DNA of 64,000 nucleotides from a virus, in the IMG/VR virus record IMGVR_UViG_3300026189_001009, positions 1 to 64,000 of that record, one strand, 5' to 3'. The position numbers and the translations under genes were made by a program. Every line of letters starts with the position of its first letter. Positions within the stretch are counted from its first letter, which is position 1. This document shows positions 8,892 to 17,901 of the stretch, one piece after another. Under the pieces are notes generated by a model that saw nothing but the letters and a program-made list of their open reading frames with translations, did no database searches and was not told where the DNA came from.

Positions 8892-10100
8892 ATGTTAAAA
8901 ATTAGAAAACAATTTCCAATACTCAGCAAGAAGCTATCCAGTGGTAATAATTTAGTATATCTCGATAGTGCAAATTCTACACAAAAACCACAACGTGTAA
9001 TTGATAGAATGAGTAAATTTATGGCTGAAGAGTATTCAAGTATTGGAAGAAGTATACATGAACTATCAAATCATGCAACCATGCTTGTTGAAGATAGCAG
9101 AACAGCAGTTGCAAATTTTATTAATGCTAAAGAATCAGACGAAATAGTTTTTACTAAATCAGCTACAGAATCAATTAATATGGTAGCCAAATCTTTCGGT
9201 AGAACAATGCAACCAGGTGATGAAATTATCACAACAGAAGTAGAACATCATTCAAATTATATACCTTGGCATCTAGAAAGAAAGTTTAATGATTTTAAGA
9301 TTAAATTTTTAAAGCTAGATGAACAACATCAAATTAATATTGATGAACTAGAATCACTTATAACAGAACGTACAAAAATTATTGCCATTACGCATTTGTC
9401 AAATACAACAGGACAAGTTATAGATATTAAACGTGTTTGTGATATTGCACACAAACATAATATTGCAGTTGCAGTTGACGGTACACAAGGTGCACCACAC
9501 ATGAAAGTTGATGTACAAGATTTAGATTGTGATTTTTATTGTATGAGCGGTCACAAAATGTATGGACCAAGTGGAATTGGTATAATGTATGCCAAACGTA
9601 AATGGATAGATGAATTAGATCCAGCATTAGGCGGTGGCGGAATGATAACAACAGTTGATCATGACAATGTAAGTTATGCTGAAGGTTCTAAAAAATGGGA
9701 AGCAGGCACATTAGCAGTTACAGAAATTGTTGGTTTACATGAAGCAATAAAATTTTATAACGATAATGGTTTTGAAGAAATGCTTGACCATGAAGAAGAA
9801 GTTATAAATTATGCTTATAATGAAATGAAAAAAATTAGTGGTATAGAGTTTATAGGTACTAGTAATAGAAAAGCAGTAATATCATTTAATATAAAAAATA
9901 TACATCACACAGATCTAGCAGAATTACTTGATGCGTATGGTATTGCCACAAGGCCAGGACACCATTGTACACAGATGTTACATAGACAAATTGGTTGGAC
10001 AGGCTCTTGCAGAATATCTACAGGTGTGTATAATAGTAAACAAGAAATTGATTATTTGATTGAATGTTTAAAAAAAATAAGAAATAAATTTGGAGAATAA
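8892..10100 (+). CDS. sufS: SufS-family cysteine desulfurase
   Basis: YLDSANSTQKP, EHHSN, SGHKMYGPSGIG (PLP Lys), RPGHHC catalytic Cys. Confidence 0.95.
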   Translation: MLKIRKQFPILSKKLSSGNNLVYLDSANSTQKPQRVIDRMSKFMAEEYSSIGRSIHELSNHATMLVEDSRTAVANFINAKESDEIVFTKSATESINMVAKSFGRTMQPGDEIITTEVEHHSNYIPWHLERKFNDFKIKFLKLDEQHQINIDELESLITERTKIIAITHLSNTTGQVIDIKRVCDIAHKHNIAVAVDGTQGAPHMKVDVQDLDCDFYCMSGHKMYGPSGIGIMYAKRKWIDELDPALGGGGMITTVDHDNVSYAEGSKKWEAGTLAVTEIVGLHEAIKFYNDNGFEEMLDHEEEVINYAYNEMKKISGIEFIGTSNRKAVISFNIKNIHHTDLAELLDAYGIATRPGHHCTQMLHRQIGWTGSCRISTGVYNSKQEIDYLIECLKKIRNKFGE

Positions 10101-10499
10101 ATGACAGAAGAAACAAAAAGCAACGAGAACTCAAAACTACAAAAAATTGTAGATGAGCTTTCAACTTTGACCGTTATGGAAGCGGCCGACCTTGCTAAAA
10201 AACTTGAAGATGCATGGGGAGTATCGGCACAAGCGGCCATGGCAACAGCAACAGCACCTGCCGAAGCGGCAGAAGAAAAAACAGACTACTCGGTAATTTT
10301 AAAATCATATCCGGACAATAAAAAGATTCCGGCCATTAAAATTATAAGAGCAGAATGTGATTTAGGTTTAAAAGAAGCAAAAGATTTTGTAGAAGCGGCC
10401 CCTAAAGAAGTTAAAGGTGGACTTACAAAAGAAGAAGCTGACGAACTTAAAAAGAAAATTGTTGAAGCTTGTGAAGGTGCTGAAGTTGAAATTAAGTGA
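10101..10499 (+). CDS. rplL: ribosomal protein bL12 (L7/L12), full length
   Basis: [22 protein letters not shown]-terminal domain, Ala-rich hinge, [11 protein letters not shown]...KEEA C-terminal domain. Confidence 0.95.
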   Translation: MTEETKSNENSKLQKIVDELSTLTVMEAADLAKKLEDAWGVSAQAAMATATAPAEAAEEKTDYSVILKSYPDNKKIPAIKIIRAECDLGLKEAKDFVEAAPKEVKGGLTKEEADELKKKIVEACEGAEVEIK

Positions 10500-10713
10500 T
10501 TTAACTTTAAGACAACTACAAATTGAATCTAGTATTGCTTTACAAATACTGCAATCAGCTGATAACCTATCTTTGAGTAAGATAAATCAAAAAGTAAATC
10601 ATGACAGCACTTTGTTTTATACAAGTGTGTTGGAAGAATTTATTGAACAATATAACTGTTTACCAAGTGAAACAGAACAAGCTAAAGATATAAAGATAGT
10701 TTATCCTAACTAA
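10486..10713 (+). CDS. hypothetical protein
   Basis: ORF after rplL; probable TTG start at 10486. Confidence 0.5.
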   Translation: MKLSDLTLRQLQIESSIALQILQSADNLSLSKINQKVNHDSTLFYTSVLEEFIEQYNCLPSETEQAKDIKIVYPN

Positions 10714-10717
10714 ATTA

Positions 10718-10828
10718 ATGAAAGACCCATTAAGTTATAAAATTAAAAAAATAGTTGAATGGTTATTGATTCAACAAGTTCCAGCTATTCTGGTAATATT
10801 ATTCCTAATTTACTACTTTTTATTCTAA
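10718..10828 (+). CDS. 36-aa single-TM protein
   Basis: Manual translation MKDPLSYKIKKIVEWLLIQQVPAILVILFLIYYFLF. Confidence 0.45.
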   Translation: MKDPLSYKIKKIVEWLLIQQVPAILVILFLIYYFLF

Positions 10829-10962
10829 TCTTGTTTTTCAATATATTTTTTGTAATATATCGTTAAAGGATTGTTTGGTTGATAGCCATATGGTTCTTTT
10901 TTAGAATAGATAGTTTTACGTTTATTTTTTTTCTTGGCAATCTTCTTAGTAGGAGATGCCAT
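10825..10962 (-). CDS. 45-aa basic hypothetical protein
   Basis: Manual translation MASPTKKIAKKKNKRKTIYSKKEPYGYQPNNPL...; overlaps the end of the upstream minus-strand gene. Confidence 0.45.
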   Translation of the reverse strand: MASPTKKIAKKKNKRKTIYSKKEPYGYQPNNPLTIYYKKYIEKQD

Positions 10963-11695
10963 AATTCTCAGGCATCAAATTCTTTACCTGTTCTTCTTTA
11001 ACTTCAAGAGATTTATTAGGAACAATATCTTTATCCCAAAGATGTGGATTCTTTTCTCTAATTTCTTCTACAGTTTGATCAAACATGAAATGCATTATCA
11101 ATCTTCTTTCAGGTAATGCATCAGCTGAATGAAACTCTTTTCCATTCAACAAACAAGGACCCGAATACTGGTGATTTAATACTTCAACCCATTCTTCTTT
11201 CATTTTAGTTCCATCGTCATTAAACCTTTTTGAGTTAATATTACTAAAGTATCTAATAACAGGACAGCCGCCTATTAATGGAATCACTAGTCCAGTAATT
11301 CTCCAATCATAGTGTTTATGCATAGCCCATCCGGCATCGTGTTGAGCAAAGTCCCAATAATAAGGTCTTGTATCTGGATGAAATTGTTTAACCATTTTGT
11401 TTGGAATGTAATTATCATTATCGATTAAATGTTTCATCCTAGTTAGCTTGATTTCAGGCCATATATTATGTTGTCCATGTGCATCTTTATTCCATGCTTC
11501 TTCGTCCAAGTCGTGTCTGTAAAAAACATTAAGATCCATAGCATTACTACTAGACATTCTCCATATTTCAAGTAGCTTGTCTGTGTCATACTCAAGTTTT
11601 TGTAACTCGTGTATACAAGCTACATCTTCAGTTAATTCTTTATATAGATCTTCTTTCCATTCTTCGATGGTATGTTTTTCTGGATTAAAAGCCAT
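10946..11695 (-). CDS. putative Fe(II)/2OG-type (cupin) oxygenase-like protein
   Basis: HYD...GPCLLNGKEFHS...RR pattern, paralogous to 56766 and 57436; minus-strand ATAAATA (11725-11731) and AAGGAG SD. Confidence 0.6.
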   Translation of the reverse strand: MAFNPEKHTIEEWKEDLYKELTEDVACIHELQKLEYDTDKLLEIWRMSSSNAMDLNVFYRHDLDEEAWNKDAHGQHNIWPEIKLTRMKHLIDNDNYIPNKMVKQFHPDTRPYYWDFAQHDAGWAMHKHYDWRITGLVIPLIGGCPVIRYFSNINSKRFNDDGTKMKEEWVEVLNHQYSGPCLLNGKEFHSADALPERRLIMHFMFDQTVEEIREKNPHLWDKDIVPNKSLEVKEEQVKNLMPENYGISY

Positions 11696-11806
11696 TCTAA
11701 TATATACTCCTTATTATTTTAATGTATTTATTGTCGTTCTTTTTTTCCAACTGCTCTTGACTTTTTAAAAATAATGCTTATATTATATGTATACAGTAAA
11801 AAACTG

Positions 11807-11814
11807 TATAAATA
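11807..11814 (+). promoter_or_regulatory. T4-late consensus promoter TATAAATA upstream of hsp20
   Basis: Exact TATAAATA overlapping the 8-bp inverted repeat TATACAGT/ACTGTATA; a TTGACT...TATATT element lies upstream (11757-11784). Confidence 0.6.
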
Positions 11815-11816
11815 AC

Positions 11817-11880
11817 AATGTAGGTTGCTTTAGATAGGACTTACATTAAAACAATTAACTTGCTTAAAGGAGGAGTTATT
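11817..11880 (+). promoter_or_regulatory. ROSE-like RNA thermometer in hsp20 5' UTR
   Basis: 5' hairpin AATGTAGGT/ACTTACATT, then TAACTTGCTT-AAAG-GAGGAGTTA hairpin pairing UUGCU (bulged G) with the SD. Confidence 0.7.
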
Positions 11881-12318
11881 ATGACAAGAAATCTATCTAT
11901 TTTTAATCAACTAAGACCTTTTACAGTAGGATTCGATGATGTGTTCGACAACTTCGAAAGAATGTTTGACGGAGATGTATTGAATGTTCCATCTGTAAAC
12001 TATCCACCATACAACATAGTAAAGACTGGTGACAACACTTATGACGTTGAACTTGCACTTGCAGGGTTCGGTAAAGATGACATTAATGTTGAATATGCTG
12101 AAAACCAACTTACTATTAAGTCTGTAAAGAAAGAAGAAAAAGAAGAAAAAGACGGAGTTATCCACAAAGGTATTTCTAAAAGACACTTTGTGAGATCGTT
12201 TACTATCGCAGATGATGTGGAAGTGAAAGGTGCAGAGTTGAAAGATGGTTTGCTTACAGTAGCATTGGAAAGAATTATTCCAGATGCGAAGAAGCCTCGT
12301 ACTATTAAAATTAAATAG
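11881..12318 (+). CDS. hsp20: Hsp20/IbpA small heat-shock protein
   Basis: NYPPYNI, ELALAGF, HKGISKRHF, DGLL, RTIKIK; ATG after GGAGGAG. Confidence 0.95.
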   Translation: MTRNLSIFNQLRPFTVGFDDVFDNFERMFDGDVLNVPSVNYPPYNIVKTGDNTYDVELALAGFGKDDINVEYAENQLTIKSVKKEEKEEKDGVIHKGISKRHFVRSFTIADDVEVKGAELKDGLLTVALERIIPDAKKPRTIKIK

Positions 12319-12354
12319 TAAATCAAATAGTACTTAAACCGCTAACAACACCAC

Positions 12355-12390
12355 GGCAGAGGGGGTTACGGCTCCCTCTTCCCTTTTTTA
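12355..12390 (+). terminator. rho-independent terminator
   Basis: GGCAGAGGGGG...CTCCCTCTTCC hairpin followed by T6. Confidence 0.75.
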
Positions 12391-12402
12391 CTAAATAACT
12401 GT

Positions 12403-12939
12403 ATGAAACTTTTCTCTCAGTACAATATTTTTTTAGAGTGGTGGTGGTTCTTTTGTGCTATGATTTTAGCAGTATTCGTAGCCGGCACCTTTAACATTTT
12501 CGAGATAATTTGGATAGCAGATCAAACAAAAATTAGTTTTGCTATACTAACTTTGTTTACAGCCATGTCATTGCTTTGTGGCTATGAGTCTTGGAAACTT
12601 AATCAGATAAGAATTAAAAATTATGAATTGGATTCAGATCATCATAAAAGATATGAATCCGGTTGGTTCACATCTGAAATATGTTTGACATTAGGATTGA
12701 TTGGAACAGTGAGTGGATTTATTTTAATGCTTGTAGGAGCATTTGTAGATCTTAATATATCAGACCCAAACAGTGTATCAGAAAGTTTAAAAAAAATGAG
12801 CTTGGGTATGAGTACTGCTTTGTATACTACTCTCGTTGGTTTATTATGTAGTGTTGTATTAAAGGTACAATTTTTTAGACTTGAAATGCACTTTGATAAA
12901 TTTATAAAAGAGAGAAATAATGAAAAGAGAACGTTATAA
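12403..12939 (+). CDS. MotA/TolQ/ExbB proton-channel family protein
   Basis: LGLIGTVSGFI and GMSTALYTTLVGL signatures; TAAATA 5 nt before ATG. Confidence 0.9.
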   Translation: MKLFSQYNIFLEWWWFFCAMILAVFVAGTFNIFEIIWIADQTKISFAILTLFTAMSLLCGYESWKLNQIRIKNYELDSDHHKRYESGWFTSEICLTLGLIGTVSGFILMLVGAFVDLNISDPNSVSESLKKMSLGMSTALYTTLVGLLCSVVLKVQFFRLEMHFDKFIKERNNEKRTL

Positions 12940-13561
12940 GACATCGATAGCATTTATCGATCTTCTATTCAATATCACTATTGGTATAACAATGCTATTC
13001 ATTATAGCATTTTTATTAATTAATCCTATTGCTAAAAAAGGTGATATAATTATCAATGCAGAATTTGTAATAACAATGAGCTGGCCTCATACAAGTAAAG
13101 ATGATATAGATTTGTATGTACAAGATCCAGCAGGCAATATTGTATTTTTTAAAAACAAAGATGTCGGATTGATGAACTTGGATAGAGATGATCTAGGAGA
13201 TAGAAATGATGTTGTAACAAATAATGGTGTAACGTTTGTAAATCCATTAAATGAAGAACACGTTACTATAAGAGGAATTGTGCCAGGTGAATATATTGTG
13301 AATGCTCATTGGTATTCTAAAACTTCTAAAATATTAGATTCACAAGGTTCAGAATATGTTCCTACAAAATCACTACCGGTTACTATAAAAGTTGAGAAGT
13401 TGAATCCTTACTCTTTGATATATACTGGTCAAGAAGAAGTTACATTCCAAGGCGAAGAGATAACTTTCTTAAGATTCACAATTGATGAAGATGGCAAATT
13501 AGTGTCAGTAAATAAATTAAAGAAACGTCTAACAGGCGCAAAAGATTACGAAGGAAACTAA
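12920..13561 (+). CDS. single-TM partner with MotB/ExbD-like TM Asp and DxDL-type soluble domain
   Basis: AFIDLLF TM helix; WPHTSKDDIDLYV, LDRDDLG, PGEYIVN. Confidence 0.65.
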   Translation: MKRERYKTSIAFIDLLFNITIGITMLFIIAFLLINPIAKKGDIIINAEFVITMSWPHTSKDDIDLYVQDPAGNIVFFKNKDVGLMNLDRDDLGDRNDVVTNNGVTFVNPLNEEHVTIRGIVPGEYIVNAHWYSKTSKILDSQGSEYVPTKSLPVTIKVEKLNPYSLIYTGQEEVTFQGEEITFLRFTIDEDGKLVSVNKLKKRLTGAKDYEGN

Positions 13562-14070
13562 TGTTAACAGGATCAATACTTTTATTACTGGGTGCGTCAA
13601 TAGTTGCTACAATACTAATATTGGTGTTGATAGCATCAAAATTACATATCGCAGTTAAAGTTTCTACAACAGCAATGGTTGTCATAACAGTAATGATAAC
13701 TTACTTTTCTTTAACCATGTTAAATGGTTGGCCATACAAGTCAGAATTTCCAGAAGGCAGGTATAAATTAATTAGTTTTTACCCAGATGAGCAGAATGAA
13801 ATATTAACAATTTGGGTAATTAAAAATGAAAAAGATTTGAATTGGTTCACTTCCTTGTTGACAAATACCAAAAAACCTCGTAGTATAGAACTTGTATATA
13901 ATAAAGAAATGCACGAACAACTACAAAAAATCATGTCAATGGCAAGTGGTCAACCATCACCGGTTAAGTTCCAAGAAGTTGAAGGCAAAAAAGAACAAAA
14001 AAATTGGAATACTGATGATCAAGAAACACTACAATATGTGTTGCCAGACATACAAATAATGGAAAAATAA
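13561..14070 (+). CDS. membrane protein, third gene of the TolQ-like cassette
   Basis: Two N-terminal TMs followed by GWP motif; TAATG coupling. Confidence 0.65.
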   Translation: MLTGSILLLLGASIVATILILVLIASKLHIAVKVSTTAMVVITVMITYFSLTMLNGWPYKSEFPEGRYKLISFYPDEQNEILTIWVIKNEKDLNWFTSLLTNTKKPRSIELVYNKEMHEQLQKIMSMASGQPSPVKFQEVEGKKEQKNWNTDDQETLQYVLPDIQIMEK

Positions 14071-14372
14071 TGTCACAAGAAAAACACGAAAATCAAACAC
14101 AGACCAAGAACCAAGTAAAAGAACCAAGCAGGTTTCAGGTTATTTTTATCAATGACGATTACACTCCAATGGATTTTGTAATACAAGTACTAGTTGAGAT
14201 ATTTTATCACAACAGAGATACAGCACATGAGTTAACTAAACTTATTCATGATAAAGGAAAAGCAGTAGTTGGAACTTACGTGCATGAAATTGCTGAGCAG
14301 AAATCAATCGAAACAACAACAATGGCTAGAAGCAACGGCCATCCTTTACAAGTTGTAGTAGAAAAAGAATAA
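14070..14372 (+). CDS. clpS: Clp protease adaptor ClpS
   Basis: VIFINDDYTPMDFV, IHDKGKAVVG, HPL. Confidence 0.95.
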   Translation: MSQEKHENQTQTKNQVKEPSRFQVIFINDDYTPMDFVIQVLVEIFYHNRDTAHELTKLIHDKGKAVVGTYVHEIAEQKSIETTTMARSNGHPLQVVVEKE

Positions 14373-14374
14373 CA

Positions 14375-15340
14375 TTGTTTAAATTTTTTACAGAAAAAAA
14401 ATGGTTTTTATGGGCCTGGTTAGGTTCATTTATTATCCTCTCATCACTTTGGGTACAAGTTAAAATTGACGTAAAAATTAATGAATGGTTTGGTGTGTTT
14501 TATGACATGATCCAAAAAGCACTTGCTACTCCAAACGCAATCACACTGCAAGAATACTTCGCAAGTTTACTGTCATTTATTACACTGGCAGGTATGTACA
14601 TTGCTCTTTACGTTGCAATTAGTTTCTTTACAGCACACTTTTTGTTTAGATGGCGTACAGCTATGGTAGAATGGTATCACAGTGTATATGATAAAGCTCG
14701 TAAAATAGAAGGTGCATCACAAAGGGTGCAAGAAGATACGATCAAGTTTACAAGAATCATGGAAGGCTTGGGTACAAGTTTTATCGAATCAATAATGGTA
14801 CTAGTGCAATTTGTTCCTATACTGCTTGGATTGTCAATTGGTATACCAATATTCTTTTTTGGTGATTGGCAATATGGTTTGATTACAGGAGCCTTAGTTT
14901 GGACATTGGGCGGAACACTATTCCTAATTGGATTAGGTTGGATACTAAGGTTAGTTGGTGTTGAATATGATCTTCAAAAGAAGGAAGCCGCTTATAGAAA
15001 AATATTAGTTATAGCAGAAGATGATAATACTGTAAGACCAAAAACAATTAATGAACTGTTTGCAGATGTACGTTCTATCCATTTTTTAAGCTATGTGCGT
15101 TACCTATATTTCAATATAGGACGTATGGCATACCTACAAGCTAATGTATTGAGTGCTTATGTATTCCTAGCACCAGCCATTGTGGCAGGTGTTGTTACAC
15201 TTGGTGTCATGCAACAAATAATAAGAGCTTTTGGAAGAGTAGAAGGTTCAATGCAGTATCTATTAAAGGCCTGGCCAACTATTATAGAATTGGCTAGTGT
15301 TTATAAACGTTTAAGAGAATTTGAGAGCAAAATAAAGTAA
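14375..15340 (+). CDS. SbmA/BacA-family peptide transporter
   Basis: INEWFGVFYDMIQKAL, FRWRTAM, IEGASQRVQEDT, EAAYRK, WPTIIELASVYKRLREFE. Confidence 0.92.
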   Translation: MFKFFTEKKWFLWAWLGSFIILSSLWVQVKIDVKINEWFGVFYDMIQKALATPNAITLQEYFASLLSFITLAGMYIALYVAISFFTAHFLFRWRTAMVEWYHSVYDKARKIEGASQRVQEDTIKFTRIMEGLGTSFIESIMVLVQFVPILLGLSIGIPIFFFGDWQYGLITGALVWTLGGTLFLIGLGWILRLVGVEYDLQKKEAAYRKILVIAEDDNTVRPKTINELFADVRSIHFLSYVRYLYFNIGRMAYLQANVLSAYVFLAPAIVAGVVTLGVMQQIIRAFGRVEGSMQYLLKAWPTIIELASVYKRLREFESKIK

Positions 15341-15411
15341 TTCCAATACTAATTAAACTTGACAGAAGTTAAATAGATATTATATAATAACTTAATAATA
15401 AGGAATAGATA

Positions 15412-15975
15412 ATGTTTATACAATCGGAGGCAACTCCTAATCCAAATGCTTTAAAATTTTTACCTGGTCGTGAAATTATGGGTAGCGAAAAACCTAAATT
15501 TTATAGGAAAGATGGAGTAGGTAATCCAGCTGAACGTTCACCATTAGCTGAATCTTTATTTGAAGTTGAAGGTGTTGAAGAAGTATTCTTTGGTCAGGAT
15601 TTTATTACCGTTGGTAAAAAAGCAAGTATTGAATGGCCAATACTTAAAACACCAATACTATCTTCAATTAGTAATTTTTTTATGAGCGATGATAATGCTA
15701 CTGTAATAATTTCTAATGAAGAAAACGACAAAAGCAAAGATGACTTAGATGAAGTTACAAAACAAATTATAAATTTGCTCGACACAAGAGTCAGACCAGC
15801 CGTTGCAATGGATGGTGGAGATATTATATTTCATAGTTACACCGAAGGAGTAGTTTATTTAGAATTACATGGTGCCTGTTCAGGTTGTCCTAGCTCTACA
15901 GCTACATTAAAAATGGGAATAGAAAATATGCTTAAACATTACATTCCTGAAATAAGAAGAGTTGAGGCAATATAA
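15412..15975 (+). CDS. NfuA/NifU-family Fe-S carrier (alphaproteobacterial Nfu_N type)
   Basis: MFIQSEATPNPNALKF, VRPAVAMDGGDI, GACSGCPSS. Confidence 0.95.
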   Translation: MFIQSEATPNPNALKFLPGREIMGSEKPKFYRKDGVGNPAERSPLAESLFEVEGVEEVFFGQDFITVGKKASIEWPILKTPILSSISNFFMSDDNATVIISNEENDKSKDDLDEVTKQIINLLDTRVRPAVAMDGGDIIFHSYTEGVVYLELHGACSGCPSSTATLKMGIENMLKHYIPEIRRVEAI

Positions 15976-16283
15976 TGGAACTAGCAGAAATAAAAGAAAA
16001 GGTTATTGCAAATTTAAGACAAGTCCATGATCCAGAAATATCTATTAACATATATGACTTAGGATTAATATATGACATTGATTATGATACTTTTCCAAAA
16101 GTTACAGTAACACACACATTAACATCAGTATTTTGCCCGGCCGCTGATCAAATAATTGACGATATAAAGATGGCAGTAGAAACAGTTGAAGGAGTACAAG
16201 AGTGTATGATTATAACAACATTTGAACCTCCATTTGGTCCAGAGATGATGAGCGAAGAAGCAAGAATGATATTAAACCTATGA
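15975..16283 (+). CDS. SufT/DUF59 Fe-S assembly protein
   Basis: DPEISINIYDLGLIY, TLTSVFCP, MSEEAR. Confidence 0.92.
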   Translation: MELAEIKEKVIANLRQVHDPEISINIYDLGLIYDIDYDTFPKVTVTHTLTSVFCPAADQIIDDIKMAVETVEGVQECMIITTFEPPFGPEMMSEEARMILNL

Positions 16284-16293
16284 AAGGATAACA

Positions 16294-17901
16294 ATGGCAG
16301 ACACAAAACCAGCACCAAGAATGCCCGAAGGCAAGAAGTTTATAAACAAGTTTAACACAGTTATTGAGAAATACAATATAAAAGATTCTGTTTCACAATC
16401 AGGTGTAGAAGTAAGGACACCGATTAATGGCCAATTCTTAGGATGTTTTATTGAAGATGAGTCAGACCAGTTATCAGATAAAATTAAAAGTTTAAAAGAA
16501 GTTCAAAAAACTTGGAGAAATTATCCTGCTCCACAAAGAGGAGATTTAATTAGACAGTTTGGTAATGCTATAAGAGAAGCAAAAAATGATTTGTCTACAA
16601 TGATTACTTTAGAAAATGGAAAAATATATCAAGAGAGCTTAGGTGAAATACAAGAAGTAATAGACATTTGTGATTTTGCAGTTGGATTATCTAGACAGCT
16701 ATATGGATTAACAATGCCAAGCGAAAGACAAGATCATAGAATGCAGGAGATGTGGAACCCATATGGTATTGTCGGAGTAGTAACAGCATTTAATTTTCCA
16801 GCCGCAGTTTTTAGTTGGAACTTTGCAATAGCAAGTGTTGGTGGTAATGTTGTACTTTGGAAGCCATCACCAAAAACACCATTTATATCAATCTTACTTA
16901 AAGCTATTTGGGATAAAACTTGTAAGGAAGCTAACGTAGAATGGGCTAAAGATGTATTTCAAATGTATATGGGTGGCAATGTTCAAGCAGAAAATATATG
17001 CCACAACGAAGACATTAGAGTTGTTAGCTTAACAGGAAGTTCTGCAATGGGTAAAAAACTAGGTCCTATTGTACAAGAAAGATTTGGTAAACTAATAATG
17101 GAACTAGGTGGCAACAATGCAATGATAGTTACACCTAATGCAAATCAAAAACTAGCACTAAAAAGCATATTGTTTAGTGCAGTAGGCACAGCAGGTCAAA
17201 GATGTACAACACTTAGAAGACTAATTGTTCACAATAGTATTAAAGAAAGTTTTGTTAAAAAACTTGTAAGGTATTACTCTACAGTTACATCAGGTGATCC
17301 ATTTGAATCAGATAAGTTAATTGGTCCACTGATTAGTACAGAATCAGTTAGCAAGATGCAACAGGTTTTGGATCAATGTAGAAAAAATGGACACACAGTA
17401 CATGGTGGTGCAATGCTAACTTCACAATACTATATTATGAAGATGCAGTTCAATTTAGAAAACAAAGAACAAACTGTTGACGACATGGAAAAACAAAATC
17501 AATATGTAGCACCAGCAATTGTGGATTTATCTAGTAAAGATGACATAGTTAAAACTGAAACATTTGCTCCTATACTTTATGTCATGGGATATGATGATTT
17601 AGATGAAGCCATTGCTTTACAAAATGATGTGCCGCAAGGATTAAGCAGTTGTATATTCACTGATAACTTAAAAGAATCAGAAAGATTTATTGGTGCTAAC
17701 GGATCAGACTGTGGTATTGTTAATGTCAATATCGGACCGTCGGGTGCAGAAATAGGCGGAGCCTTTGGTGGAGAAAAAGAAACTGGTGGCGGAAGAGAAT
17801 CAGGTTCTGATGCATGGAAACAATATATGAAAAGATCAACAGTTACCATTAATTACGGAGACGATTTGCCTTTAGCACAAGGTGTGAGTTTTGATGTGTA
17901 A
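16294..17901 (+). CDS. aldehyde dehydrogenase family 7 (alpha-aminoadipate semialdehyde/piperideine-6-carboxylate dehydrogenase-like)
   Basis: AVGLSRQLYG, AFNFP, MELGGNNA, GTAGQRCTT, GAEIGGAFGGEKETGGGRESGSDAWKQYM. Confidence 0.92.
   Translation: MADTKPAPRMPEGKKFINKFNTVIEKYNIKDSVSQSGVEVRTPINGQFLGCFIEDESDQLSDKIKSLKEVQKTWRNYPAPQRGDLIRQFGNAIREAKNDLSTMITLENGKIYQESLGEIQEVIDICDFAVGLSRQLYGLTMPSERQDHRMQEMWNPYGIVGVVTAFNFPAAVFSWNFAIASVGGNVVLWKPSPKTPFISILLKAIWDKTCKEANVEWAKDVFQMYMGGNVQAENICHNEDIRVVSLTGSSAMGKKLGPIVQERFGKLIMELGGNNAMIVTPNANQKLALKSILFSAVGTAGQRCTTLRRLIVHNSIKESFVKKLVRYYSTVTSGDPFESDKLIGPLISTESVSKMQQVLDQCRKNGHTVHGGAMLTSQYYIMKMQFNLENKEQTVDDMEKQNQYVAPAIVDLSSKDDIVKTETFAPILYVMGYDDLDEAIALQNDVPQGLSSCIFTDNLKESERFIGANGSDCGIVNVNIGPSGAEIGGAFGGEKETGGGRESGSDAWKQYMKRSTVTINYGDDLPLAQGVSFDV

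Noticed and set aside
12403-14070. Zorya defence system
   Set aside because: The A subunit lacks the long ZorA tail, the partner lacks a recognisable OmpA domain, and there is no ZorC/D/E.
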